A stretch of DNA of 63,429 nucleotides, counting the filler, from Ionaspis alba (Eukaryota): the NCBI GenBank assembly GCA_964255285.1. It is 14 parts of 14 records of this genome, joined end to end, with 100 filler letters (N's around TTAATTAATTAA, not from the genome) between each part and the next. Parts side by side here need not be neighbours in the genome. Positions count along the whole stretch, not along the records: positions 36,583 to 41,005 come from CAXUUL010001106.1; positions 41,106 to 45,512 come from CAXUUL010001107.1; positions 45,613 to 50,018 come from CAXUUL010001108.1; 11 more parts are not named here. One strand, 5' to 3'. The notes under the pieces were generated by a model, which was not told where the DNA came from, searched no databases, and saw only the letters and a list, made by a program, of their open reading frames with translations. Shown here one piece after another: positions 36,583 to 49,763 of the stretch (positions within the stretch are counted from its first letter, which is position 1; each line of letters begins with the position of its first letter). The translations under genes and the position numbers were made by a program.

Positions 36583-39500
36583 CTTCCGTCTCCTCGATCT
36601 TCCGCCTCTTTATCCCCCTCTCCTGCCCTTCCACATCCTCGTAGAGCGCTAAGGGAGCATCTCTGTCCAGCATCTTCTCCACAGTGTCTTTGAGCCTCTG
36701 GTATTCTACCCTCACAGGGTGATCTGGCGTATATTCATAAATACGTTTCCTCCTCAGGGGCTGATGCAGATAGTGATACAACACATTCTCTTCTTCCTTA
36801 TCCCTAGCCTTGATCGCCTCAAAGCGTAAGGCTAAAGTGTTGATGGGTCCATAGGGCGACCAATTCAGCGGCGGAGTAAAGAACTCGGCGTGATGTATTC
36901 TCTTCAGTGGTCCCCAGTCTTCCTCCTTTTTCTGTGCCAGCTTCACTTTCCTCTCCTTCTCCTCTTGCTCTTCTATTATCAGTGCTTGGGAGAGGTGCAT
37001 ATATCTGACACGTGCTCGTTCTCTTGCACGAGTCGAGCTTGTTTCAACATCGAACGCATTCTTAGCCTCCTGGACGAGATCTCTAAGCGGGCGAGTGCTT
37101 CCTAGTGGCGTCAGGAAAGGATCGTCAGATTGGAAAGCACCTACACTAGCTGGACTGTAGAGGGGCGTCTTGGGTACGCCGGTGCTGCCTCCGTCTGTCG
37201 GAGTGCCTCCTTCTCCTCCTCCTCCTCCTCCTCTTCCTCCACCACTCTTTTCGCTCTTATTGCTAGACGAGACGCTGGTGCTTCCTCCGCCTGCTGGACT
37301 TTCCTGGGTTGCCCCGATGTTCTCCTCATCCGAACCACCGGCGGAACCTTGGGTAGTCGGGGGCTGGTTTGCATCGTTCTCGTAGAGTGGAGGAAGTGAG
37401 TCATTGGGCTTCTGTATCGGCGTCTCATGTATGACTGTCGTCTCTGTAGTTTGACTTGAAGGTGTTTTCAATGTCTCATGTATTGAGTCTTGTATTTCGG
37501 AATAAAATGAAGTCTTGCCATCCTTTTCAATGGATTCAACGATCCCTTGTATGGGCTCTTTGTCGCTACCGCCAAAGCTGACAAGAGCCTTCGGTGTGGA
37601 AGATACGAAGTGGTCGCCACCATGGAAGCTGCTGGGACCACCCGGCGTTGAAGGTGCTATTCCACTACCACGGAGCACGCCTGGTGTTACAGATAGTTTG
37701 TTGCCTCCATCAGTACCGCTAGAGCTACTAGTTTGAAGAATGTAAATGTCATCGCCTAACGCTTTGCCGGTTGTTGGGTTGATTGTCAGTCCCGAATGAT
37801 GTAGTGGCGGGAAAACATCACCATCCTCAGGATAATCAGGATCATCAACATAGTCCTCAGGATAATCAGGATCCTCACCATAATACCCATCAGGGTTCTC
37901 AATAGCATCCACTGCATCATATCCGGGCTGATCAGGAAAATCATCGAGATTTCCAAAATCATCGTCGAAGAGATAATCATATTCAATGTCGCTGTCATCG
38001 TTCTTATCAGACGAGTTTGGTGGCGTACCACTCCCGTAGCTGCTTTGACTTGGTGGCGGTTCGGGACTTTGGCTTGGAGTTGGGTCCAAAGGGTTCGGAG
38101 GGCTCTTCTTGCCAGCATCAGCCCATTTGTCTGTTTTGACTATCTCGTCATCTTCCGAATCGTCTTCAGACTCTTCATCTCCACTATCTCCCTTAGGTCC
38201 AGAATCATCGGCTTGCCCTGTCCCACTATGCTTGCCACCACTTTCGTCATTTCCTTCATCGTCTGGAGCATTAGATGACTCGGCCTCTGCAGCGTTGGCC
38301 GAACTTCGGACAAAATATGCGGCTCTTTGCTGAAAGTATTCCACGCCCTCTTGTGGGAAGTCCATCATTTCGAAGAGGTCCCAAACACACATGTTATCGT
38401 CCCAATTGCTCCAATGATACGCTGTACCATAAGCTCCTTCTTCATCATCTTCCTTAGACTGCTGCATTTTATTCTCGGCCAGCCTCACCAACCCAGTGCA
38501 AAACATGACCCACCATTTAACCATCTCGCCGCTGGTCACGCCTTCGTGTTGGCGAAACTCGATTGTCCGTGGTTTTTTGACCGAAGAGGGTGTTCCGATG
38601 TTGTAGAAACTAACCACTTGTATCTTACCAGGCCCGATAAGGTGTCTAAGGGTATATGCACTATGTGCACTGAAGATATCGTCACAGATCTGTGATAAAG
38701 GTCGATGTCCGTGTGATGTAGATTTCTCTTCCACCGTCCCAGCAACCTCATCGAAAATCCAAGTCTTATTTTGAGCTTGTGTATCTGTGTCTTTACATTT
38801 CCAATACAGCTTGTTGCTACGGAAATCGCGCTCGGAGAGTCTGTTCTCAATGCTAACACGGCGCCATGGTGGAAACAGCTTGTCGATATGTTCTTCGTAC
38901 GAGACAAGTATGTAGGCTAGATGCTGTAAAATCCTCAACTTGTAGTCCTCGTCGGTAGGTTTCACATGAACTTGGAGCGCGCAGTACTTGTTGGTTGTAG
39001 CTCCGAGCAAATCGCATTTCCCGCCCTTGAGGCGATCGCAAAGTTCTGTGATTGTGTCGTAACTTGCCTGAACAGGTCGGAGAACGGTAGAGACCAGCTC
39101 AAGGCCGTGAGAGTCCCCTATAATATGTGGTTAATATCTTATGAAACAATGCTTTGGGAGGAATAGGGCCTACAATCTTCTACAACGGGTTGCCTAGGGG
39201 CAGTCGTGTAAAGCCTGCGCTTTTTGTTACTGTTTCCTTCCCCTTCATCGGTTGCCTTCCTCTTAGCATTGGCTTCTTTAAACAACTCCGCCGATCCACT
39301 CATTTCCTGTCCATTTGCTGGCTGTTTTGTCTGCGGGTTCGAGGATCCTGCCGTGCTTGCGGGTGGAGGCATAGCAACCGTATCGGCGAGCGCTCCCTCC
39401 TGCTGCATTTTCCCTTGAGAGGAAGTACCAACAAATTTGACCGTCTTCTTTGACTTTTTCGCCATTTGAGCCTTTAGCTCGTCTTCTGCCTTCCTCTTAG

Positions 39501-40221
39501 CTACCAATTCCTTCGACGACTTTGCATGAGTGTTCGTCCCAGCACTTGTCGTACAGTGCTCGGACGCTAGCGCTTCTTGGGTCTCCCCAATCTCACTCAG
39601 CCCGCGAACGGGTGCGTTCAGCAATTTCGTTGGCTTGACTGCCGCATCATTCCTCACTTCAGCATAGTCGTCACACACTCTGTACGTTTCAAGGTAGTGT
39701 CTCATCTGATCCTTCCATAACCCGACGAGGCTGAAATCGTTAGTCAAGTGCCAATTTGAATAGTCTGCTGGCTTTGTATTGCCGTCATGGATGTCGATTT
39801 GCATCGCGTTTGGATAGTGACCGCCGAAATTGCCCGGATTCCTCTGGTTGGGGGCGCGAGAGCGTAACAGCTTTCTGGCCAATTCGAGGTGCTCTATAGC
39901 ATAGGTTCGAACCGACCTGTCTGCAGAATAGCGGACGTGCTCTCCGGCTGGTTGAGGAAGATCATCATTGACTCTCAAACCCCACCCGGTATAGGACTCC
40001 CTGTCAGCTTCCCTGTAATCTGGTTGGCTCAATTCCCGGCGAATTTCGTCTGGTAGTTCTCTTCGCAGATATCTCATCTGATAGTCTCCCTGGTTAGCTT
40101 GGTCATAGTCGAATGAGCGCTTGTCGAGCTCTCGCAACTGTCCAATCATGGGTCGTTCATGAAACACGAAAACCACCTCCAACTCCACACCAAACGTTAC
40201 TTCAAAGCTCTCGTTGATCAT
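36583..40221 (-). CDS. Putative amidoligase (Amidoligase_2 / COOH-NH2 ligase fold) with long disordered regions, 3' partial
   Basis: TFGVELE; W.LTNDFSL; intron 39118-39173 joins to WDSHGLELVS; TNKYCALQVHV; TIEFRQHEG..VKWWVMFC..LVRLA. About 1190 codons with no stop before the contig end. Confidence 0.85.
37824..37873. repeat. Intragenic direct repeat (20 bp x2, 30-bp period) encoding DPDYPED
   Basis: TCCTCAGGATAATCAGGATC at 37824-37843 and 37854-37873. Confidence 0.9.
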
Positions 40222-40832
40222 CTTGGGAAGCAGTAAGCCTGTCTTTCCAGAGCCACGGCAATTCAATTGGTAAAGGTAAGGCTATACGTATCATCGAATG
40301 CAAGTACAGCAGATAAAACCCGAGTATAAGAAAAGCAGTAGGACTGTGAATGATTTTACGAGAGCACATAACTGGTGTCTCTCGTCTATGGCACAAAGAC
40401 TTGGGAACGGGTCGCGGAAACAAGGGATGCTGTTTGCAGACATGACCAAACCCGGTGACAGCAGGCATCGTTATTGAGTCTCAGCAAGGAACATGACAAA
40501 AGGGAGCAGGAACACTCCGAGTATTGGATTACGAGAGATTGACACTGCCCGGATCCGGCGATAAGCCATATGAAGAACACGGAACGTCAATTCACTATAG
40601 GATCGCCACAAAGTGCAAGAGACAGCTGAGCCCATAGCTATAAGCATATCAAAACATCTTGTTGCTTAATCGAGAGGAAATAGAGATGGAATAGCTCTTG
40701 TCAACTCACAAAGTCCATTGAGTGCCTGTCAAACGGGAGAAATGTTCCTCTCGTTTGTGTCGTAATCATGCTGTACTAAGATATACGCATGGTCTCAGCT
40801 ATACGCATATAGCGATCTTTTTAGTGACCTCG

Positions 40833-40976
40833 AGGCTCATGTTATGAAAAGAACCCCGGGGGCCCCTAATTAGAAACCATAGGGGACTAAAAATAAGGGG
40901 GTGGCGCCCAGAACGTCCCTAGCACGCTAATAATTATGCCAATTGTGTAGCGGCAACGAAACATTGACATGAGCCT
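40833..40976. repeat. 144-bp segment bounded by a perfect 10-bp inverted repeat (MITE-like or LTR-relic candidate)
   Basis: AGGCTCATGT (40833-40842) and ACATGAGCCT (40967-40976); no target-site duplication seen. Confidence 0.3.
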
Positions 40977-41005
40977 TGCCCGATCTCACAAAAACCCAAA
41001 GATGC

Positions 41006-41105
41006 NNNNNNNNNNNNNNNNNNNNNNNNNNNNNNNNNNNNNNNNNNNNTTAATTAATTAANNNNNNNNNNNNNNNNNNNNNNNNNNNNNNNNNNNNNNN
41101 NNNNN
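41006..41105. other. Artificial contig linker
   Basis: 44N-TTAATTAATTAA-44N. Confidence 0.98.
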
Positions 41106-42908
41106 TCTATCGGCCTGCCGGAGCATGAGCTCCTTGATCAGTTCGCAGTCTCTCGGATAATAAGTATTGCGGGAAGAAGTAACGGAAAACTGGAGAACGT
41201 GGCTCTGCAACCACTTCCCGGTCTTCGAGAATAGCCAGTGAATGAGCTGTGCGGCGATCCGCTTGACCTCCGTACTATCTTCGTTGGCAGTGGTGCGATT
41301 TATCTCCCCAAAACTCTGCTGCCCCAAATACTGGGATGAATTCCAAGATTCGACATCCTGTTCATGCGAGATTTTCAAAGCATTTTTGTCTCAGGGAAAA
41401 CTTTATCATCAACATCGTTGTTGTAAGCGTCCTCAAAACCGCTGAGGTCCACTACCTACCTCCGACTCGTCCGTCTTCTATCATTCCGAAGTTTCTGGAC
41501 TGAGCGAAGTCTGATCTCCGGAGGTTGGTTGAAAAGGAACCGTGACCATAGAACTCTCCATTGTTGTCGATCCTCCACTCAAAACTAGCATCATGCTCCT
41601 TGTGCTCTATCAAGCCGTAAGCTGGCCGTTCGTACGCATTGTATGGCACATCGTTCTCATACTCGGATGCTTCCACGGCCATCGATCCCCTTCCCTCCCT
41701 GCCTTTCACCTAGCAATGAAGTCTGGGATTCGGGGCAGAGAGGTTCATAGGCGAATTCTGATATATCGCAGAGCTCTTTTTCAAGGACAGACTAACACTA
41801 GTTCCATTCGGTGATTCGGGTCTCTTACGCGTGTTCGATCCGAAAGGAAATGTACGACCAGCGGATGAACAAGATCGTGGAGGACTGCCAGCATCCCTGA
41901 ATCTGGGATATGGACTTCGAGGGTAGCGGCGCCGCAAATATGCTATGGGAATTGGCCGAAGTATCCAGGTTAACTTGACTTTATACGCCATGAAATTATC
42001 TTCGTGGTAGCGCTTTGTGCCTCCTACAACGCCGATTGGAGATTGGTAAGTATCGTTTTCATAATGGCGAAGAAGGCCGAGCCCCTCTGCCTTCTTGAAT
42101 TGGGCAACGCTTTTGATTGCAACAGGAATCTTCAAGCAATGAAGACCCCAAGTCTAGATCTATGTTGTTCCTGCTCCATGGTCGGATCGATCTCAGTGTC
42201 TCCTTTGGGGATTGATGTTGAATAAATAAGTCTTCTGACTAGAGAGTTGTCTTCCTCAGCGGTGTACCTGTACTCCTCGTTGTACATATAAGCACCACCT
42301 GGTACATATCGAACATCTTCTTGTGCATCTTCCAAGATGTCGAAAGAGGTTGCGCTTCTGGGAACCCAGTCGCGGAAAGAGGGACATTGGGCCATTGGTA
42401 CAACTTCTTCAGCATACAAGGCAGGAGAGAGTCAAGGTGGAGCTCTTGAAGAGGGTACGGTCTCCACGACTGCAAGTTTATTGCAAACAGGATATGCAGC
42501 TTGCTGGTGCTTACTGACCGTCCGCTGTACAAAATGGTCTCTAGCCTGGCGACGAAACTGGTCCCAGCTGAACCAACCATTACTCTCTTGACTGCCGCCA
42601 CAACTGTCACTCGAAAAAGAGAATTTTGACTCTATGCTTAGCGTGGTGGGCAAAGGATTAAGTTTTATTGGCGTCGGCGGATCCTAATCTCTAGTACCGC
42701 TCGCGGGCGAGGGTGGTCGATTGTGACTAAATTCAGCAATCTTCGAAACCGGTGGCTCATAGGCGTATAGCGAAAGAGGCAACAAATTGACCTCCGGAGA
42801 TACGGCGTCGCTTTCTGATCCAAATTCGCGGTTGAGATCCTCCGGATCAAAAGCCTTGTTATGGAGGATTACTTTCTCGCTTTCTGATGCAAGGTCCGAT
42901 CCGTCCAC
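41106..42908 (-). pseudogene. Probable disrupted gene of unknown family
   Basis: Tiled protein-like ORFs: three in one frame broken by single stops (TAG 42684, TGA 42432), an apparent frameshift near 42135, TAG 41710, and further shifts near 41450 and 41380, with no clear splice signals. Confidence 0.5.
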
Positions 42909-45512
42909 TTTCTCTTGGTTCTTGAGCTACAAGTTTCCCAGACCAAGGATTCGCAGGGAGACTTCCTTCTCACTAAATAGCGTTCCGCTGAGAACACAGA
43001 TGAGTCGGCATACTCGAGCTCCAGATTGCAAGCTTTGCCTAATTTTGCATCTGTCCACTACCATTCCTCAGCGGCCTACAACACGCCCATTGCCAGGCTC
43101 TGCTGGCTTCAGTACATCATGTCCCGCTTTATAAATGCCAAGATGCTCAAGATAGCGTGGTGCACGTAATCATGCTCTATCAGGATAGGCCGGGCATTGT
43201 AGAATTTTCAGAGTTTCTAAGCTTGCTAGACCCTAACGCTAACTACTTCGGGAAAGGCAGCTTGGCAGCAGGACAGTTCATAATTGTCCAATTGTAAAGA
43301 GTTCTAAAATCTCGGAAACTGCACCAAGCCAAAGGCTCGTAACGTTCAGCAGGCACATTATGGCTCACCTTTCACAGGCTCATATCCGACTTTGCTAGGT
43401 GCACCAGATTCAGCCTCCAATCCAGTTGAACATGCGTGGTGGCCGTGGTGTCGATGATACTTGCTGCCATGCTCAAAACTACCAAGGGTCATCCAGTTTC
43501 AAGCACGGCCCTTCTTGGATTTCCAGCCCGTTATTCACTATAATGCTCGCTAGATACGCGCGTTTTGCAAAAAACCCGGTACAGTATGGTACGGTCTCGC
43601 CCAATAGAAGTGTACCGCTTTTTTTGCAAACCGCGGGGATACCAATAATTTCCACTCCTTCTGCATCGTTCGCCGTCATCGAGTTTGCTTCGTTTTGTAT
43701 AGGCGGATGTTACCTTTCTTAGGAATTCCGGTGGATGTTTGCGTAAGGTGGATACGTAACATGAATACTTGTTTATCCGTGGAAGCGGGCCGCCAATTGG
43801 TCTTTGCCGCATCTATCCCACAGCATCAACCATGAGCTCTGTCCTGCTTGTCGCTCTGTGGACGTATTCGCCTTTGACTTCGTAGATGGACCAGTCATAA
43901 GCGGTGTCTATTATGGCTACCCTACGCTCGAGTGATTGGGCATTTGATACCAGTCCGAAGAGCCAATGGCTCGTTATATATGTTAGGTTGTGTTTTCACT
44001 CATGTCTAGGATTTCTTGTACCATAGTGTCTCATTTGCAATTTCCAGGAGTCCTGTGCTCCTTTTCAATTCGGCAGAACGCCATCTTCTCGCATCCTTGT
44101 TTTTGGTCGCCTACCTTCTCTCTACCTCTTCCGTATTCAATCCTCCTTTTGCTGTGCTAGGGGAAGGCTATACTCTTTACCAAGACTCGAGCTCCTTCAC
44201 ACCCGGCCTATATGGCGCTGCCGACCCACTACCGATTCATATAATGGTTAGATCATAGATGGCATTGAAGAACTCGAAAGATCTTTCGACAATCTGTCGC
44301 TACGCATGCGGGCGAAGTCATCCAACTAGGCCCCTAAACAGGACCCAGGAACATTGGCGAAAGACAATTCCAAGAAACCTGATACTGCGTCCAAACCTCC
44401 GACTCCGAAAGCGCCGCAGAAGACTGTCCTTGCCCGAAACCTGCAAACGACGACAAGATCCATTCAGTGTCTTTTAGGAGTGGAAGATGTTCGTGCGACA
44501 ACCCAGCGGAGACCGCAATTGTCGGCATGTTCATGGATGGTCTTTAGGCTTTGGGCAACTCGGCCGTTCTCAATGGGATTGGCCAGTCCTTGAGGGCTGT
44601 CCAGGGTATCGTCGAGGTTGTCCCTGAGATATTGGGTTCCTTCTCGGGTCCCGAGGCGAAATACGCTACGAGGATTGCGCCGCTGGCGTTTCCGGATCAT
44701 GGGCCTTCGCATTTGGTTGATCCTACTAATGGGTTAGCCCAGAGTCTACTCTCAATGTGATGCAGGTTTCACGCTCTGCGTCGCTGCTCTTGGGTCATTG
44801 GATATCAGAAATGCGTGCACCTCTCGCTAACAGTGTAACTATGTCGACGAACTTACGCCCGCGCCATGTAATGGCCTACGTAAAGTGAATTAAGAGTGCG
44901 CACTGATCGAGTAACACTGTGTGGAATGGACGTTTGACTCCTCGTCACTCTCCTCTGGTTATTCCTGCGAGCTCGTATCGAAGCCGCCACAGGCTGTTTG
45001 TATCGTGACCGAAGTGATTCCAGATTCGAAGATCGCCACATCAAACCCGAGATAGTCTCGGACCCGTGGCTTACACAAAGTATTCGCCGCCATTCGGTTT
45101 ACCATAATGCCAAACATTGTCGCCATAATTGTTGTCGTGAAGACATAGTTTGGTATCGGGAGACGGTCTGAATCTGCGTATACGGAGTACTTGGTGTATG
45201 GCATACTACTTTCATACCTAGACGACTTTACGGCCAACGTCGACATGGCCGGTCGGGCGGTGACTCCAGAATCAAATACACTCCATCTGTCCCCACACCC
45301 GATCTCTTCCAATCTTTGTATCAGCATGCAAGAGTTTTTCGTGCTCTCCCACAGGTACAGGGACTTAGGTGCGGATAGTGCTGCCAAATTTCTATCTTTA
45401 GCCCTTGAGCCCAAGCGATTTGCCAAGTCTGCTTCTTCCGCACATTCTTCCGCACATCTTCCCTCACATATACGAGACTCTATCTGCACCTCCCCACCGA
45501 TCTGGTGTGCAG

Positions 45513-45612
45513 NNNNNNNNNNNNNNNNNNNNNNNNNNNNNNNNNNNNNNNNNNNNTTAATTAATTAANNNNNNNNNNNNNNNNNNNNNNNNNNNNNNNN
45601 NNNNNNNNNNNN
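45513..45612. other. Artificial contig linker
   Basis: 44N-TTAATTAATTAA-44N. Confidence 0.98.
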
Positions 45613-47247
45613 GCTTGCCAAACAAGTGGAACGATTGAGTGCACTCTCGCCTGTTTCAATGTCCAACCCGGCGAAGGGGCAAGGTGGAAGTGTGGAGACA
45701 TAGCTGTTCAACAGAGAACAGAGGAACTCCTGTCAGATATGTTTGAGGTAGACATAGGCAGTGCAGGACAAGCCTCTCGACAATACAAATCCATTGCTAT
45801 ATACGACCGGAGTATAATGTCACATCGAACAAATGAATCACTGCAAATTTGCTCCCGATCACTCCATGCGATAAAAGGTGCTTTCCACGAACTGTTCATG
45901 ACTCGTGCCTAAGCCCAATAGCTCAGTATTGCTCCAGGTGGTCTTGCTTTCTCTCATCGAATGCTATGAAATGCTTAATGCCTGCCTTGATGAGCTCGAC
46001 GATATATCAATTGACGGCAACGGCGGCTGCCCGACAATGCTCCTCGCGATCAGCAGCAAGAAGATTTGGCTAACAGCAACCTCAACCATGGAAAAGTTCT
46101 TGACGGCCATGTGCTCTGGGGAATGTCACTAAGGCGTCTAGTAGGCACATTACGGCTCCATCCGGTGTCTTGTTTCCTGGGTCTCAGCCACGCAGTTATC
46201 AATAATGGACATTCCTGTCGCCTTCGGAGACACGATCGCCGATTGACCAGTTAATCGACTGAAACATATGAGAGACAGTGCAATTATTTCGTGTTCCGGC
46301 ACACAATGGATTGCGTCTCGAAGGAAGATACCGCAGTAAGTGTGGGAGGATGTGGTAAGCCACAGTTGAAAAGGTGGTGGGCTATCTAGCTATAGGCAGG
46401 CTTACACTTACTTACTCATAGAGAAGGTTTAGTCGTCATTCATCGGACATCGCACCCTAGACACAACTTCTTCCCACCCCCGTAACAGCCCCCAAGTGGC
46501 CCCTGAACCCCTGCCGAGTCCGTTTTCCTACCCCTGATCTTGTAGATGATTGCCTGCTTTCGAGACATCACCTGCCCCAAGCCTCACCCCTCCATTTTAA
46601 AGAGTACACGCTCAGGAACAAGGTACCGCTGCCAAATATGCCGACTGGTCTTATACTACTCCTCTATCTTCGCACTCTCTAAGAGATTATACAAATCACT
46701 CCGACCTGTCATCATTATCGCTGCACAACAACGCTCATCCTCCACCTCCTATTTCTCTAACTCATTCTTCGTCTATTTCATCGCGCTCCGAATCCTACGA
46801 AGCCCAGTGTGCATACGGTCCAAGCCTACGTCACATAGCTCTCCTCCGAAGGTCTGGTCGCCGACTGCGTAAGGAAATGGTACAATAGAAGGCTTGACTT
46901 GCCATCATTCGTGCAACTCCATCCCATCGCATCGGTGTCGGATTGGCGTCAGCAGGCTCATTTGAGTAGCTCGATCTCGAAGCTCATCGTTGGTCGAACC
47001 AATAAAGGATTCCGTCAGCCTGACTCAATTCTTTGCTTGTTTCCTATCGACTCCTTCAAACCAATCCACCAATCGGAATTTCACCATTCTCCATCGACAT
47101 AGATCGCTAGCTATCATTGTGGATTTGTGGGCAGAACATGCGGGTGGTCAGAAACATATAAAGTCGACTACGATCTCTATCGTACCATAGCACGATCTCG
47201 TGCCTCACCAATACATTTCAGTCTGCGCTGTGCGCTGAGAAAGAATC

Positions 47248-49763
47248 ATGTCGGTAGCGACGATGTTACAACCCGCCTCGCGCATCTCAAGGGCTTCGAC
47301 TTCATCCTCATCCTCCTACGTACCTGTCTCACGTCAAAATACAATGTCTTCTCATGATGGTCGGTCGGTACGGCAATCCAAGAGGATGTCCGTTACGGCG
47401 CTATACCTGTCCATGTCTGCGAAAGACAAGGATCTGGAAATTGAGGACGATCTAGCGAAAGGTAGGATAATCGCCGAAAGATCTCCATGAGAATACCAGG
47501 CTGACGGATGGATAGCTCAGAAGATATTACGAGATCTCAAGACCAAGATATCGAGCCAATCGAAGAAGAATTTTGTTCTTGAGAAGGACGTCCGATATCT
47601 GGACTCCAGAATAGCACTTCTTATCCAGAATCGTATGGCCTTGGAAGAGGTAAGTCTTCCTTCGAACCATGACCAAGCTCTCAGCTGATTGGATCTCTAG
47701 CAAAACGAGGTCGCGGATCATCTCGCAGAAGCTGCAGACCTTCAAGAAGGCTTCTTCCCCAACGACGAAAAGACCCAGAGATATGGCAACCTCATGTTTC
47801 TCCTCCAATCCGAGCCACGACATATTGCCCACCTATGTCGGTTAGTCACGATGACAGAGATCGACTCGTTACTACAGACCGTGATGTTTACGATCTACGG
47901 AAACCAGTACGAGAGCCGAGAAGAACATCTCTTGCTCACCATGTTTCAATCGGTCTTGACATACCAATTCGATCACACCGTCGAATATTCCTCCCTGCTT
48001 CGTGCAAACACTCCTGTATCACGGATGATGACAACCTACACCCGGCGTGGACCCGGCCAGTCATATCTCAAAGAAGTCTTGCGGGATAAGATCAATTCTT
48101 TGATCGAGCTGAAAGACGTGGATCTCGAGATCAATCCGCTGAAGGTGTACGAGCGTATGCTCGACAGCATAGAAGAGACTCAGGGATCTCTTCCCGAGAA
48201 CTTGCCTAGAGGAGTGACTGCAGAAGAGGCTGCAGCAAACGCACAAGTCGATGCTATAATTGAGCCTCGACTGAAAATGCTAACGGAAATTGCGACCACT
48301 TTCTTAGAAACGATCATCAATGGTCTGAATGAGACCCCTTACGGCATCAGGTGGATTTGCAAGCAAATCCGCAGCCTGTCGAGACGCAAATATCCCGATG
48401 CTCAGGATCAAACGATCTGCACTCTCATCGGAGGATTCTTTTTCCTGCGGTTCATCAATCCCGCCATCGTCACACCAAAGGCATACATGCTCATTGATGG
48501 TACACCAGAGGAATGTCCAAGGCGGACATTGACTCTGATCGCGAAGATGCTACAGAACCTCGCAAACAAACCCTCATATGCGAAGGAGCCATACATGGCC
48601 AAACTACAACCGTTCATTCATCAGAACAAGGAGCGAGTCAATAAATTCATGCTCGACCTCTGCGAAGTTCAGGACTTCTACGAAACCTTGGAAATGGACA
48701 ACTACGTCGCGCTGTCCAAGAAAGACCTGGAGCTGTCCATCAGCATGAATGAGGTCTATGCGACGCATGCGCTACTTGAACAGCACAGCAAGGACCTGGC
48801 GAAGGACGAGCATTCTCATTTGAAGCTACTCCTTCAAGAGCTTGGCCCAGCCCCGCCACAGCTGCCTCGGAAAGAGAATCGCGCTATCAATCTGCCACTT
48901 TTTAGTAAGTGGGAGACGGCAATTGATGATCTTACGGCAGCCCTCGATATCACGGAAGAGGAGGTCTACTTCATGGAAGCCAAGGCCACATTCGTGCAAA
49001 TCATGCGCTCCTTACCCCAGAACTCGTTTGTCGTCAAACGACCACTACGTCTCGACAAAGTTGCCGAAGCAGCAGGCACCCTAAAGAACGACGCCGTGAT
49101 GGTCAAGAAGGGTATCCGCTGCATGGAGCTCCTCAGCCAACTCCAAGACCTCGGCGTCATCGACAAGAGCGACCATTTTAGCCTCCTACGGGACGAAGTC
49201 GAGCAAGAGCTCGTGCATCTCGGCTCACTCAAAGACAAAGTCATCGACGAGACTCGAAAGCTGGAAGAAGTGTACCGTACCATCCGCGATCACAATGCCT
49301 ATCTCATTGGCCAGCTCGAAACGTACAAGTCGTACCTCCACAATGTGCGGAGTCAGTCTGAGGGCAAGCAGCGGAAGCAGCAGAAGCAGCAGGTGTTGGG
49401 ACCGTACAAGTTCACGCATCAGCAGTTGGAGAAGGAGGGTGTCATTCAGAGGAGTAATGTTCCGGATAATAGGAGGGCGAATATTTATTTCAATTTTACG
49501 AGTCCGTTGCCGGGGACTTTTGTTATTAGTCTGCATTACAAAGGTGAGTGATCTCTCTCTTGTTTCCGTCTACATATGAAAGCTTGCTGACATCCATTTT
49601 AGGACGAAATCGCGGCCTTCTAGAACTCGATCTCAAACTCGATGATCTATTGGAAATGCAAAAGGAGAATCAGGAAGACCTCGATCTCGAATATGTCCAT
49701 ATCAACGTTTCCAAAGTACTCGCGTTGTTGAATAAGCGCTTTGTAAGGAAAAAGGGGTGGTAG
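47248..49763 (+). CDS. gapA: Ras GTPase-activating protein (GapA/Gap1-Sar1 type, RasGAP + RasGAP_C)
   Basis: [34 protein letters not shown]; arginine finger [28 protein letters not shown]; three introns. Confidence 0.95.

Noticed and set aside
37205..37245. (CCT)n microsatellite
   Set aside because: Simply encodes the poly-Gly stretch in the amidoligase tail.
39001..39180. Apparent split or frameshift between the two amidoligase ORFs
   Set aside because: Fully explained by a canonical 56-nt GT-AG intron (39118-39173); the frame is continuous afterwards.
43400..46260. Short ORFs in the gene-poor parts of segments 10 and 11
   Set aside because: No recognisable motifs, consistent frame or splice structure; they may be decayed genes but cannot be supported by eye.
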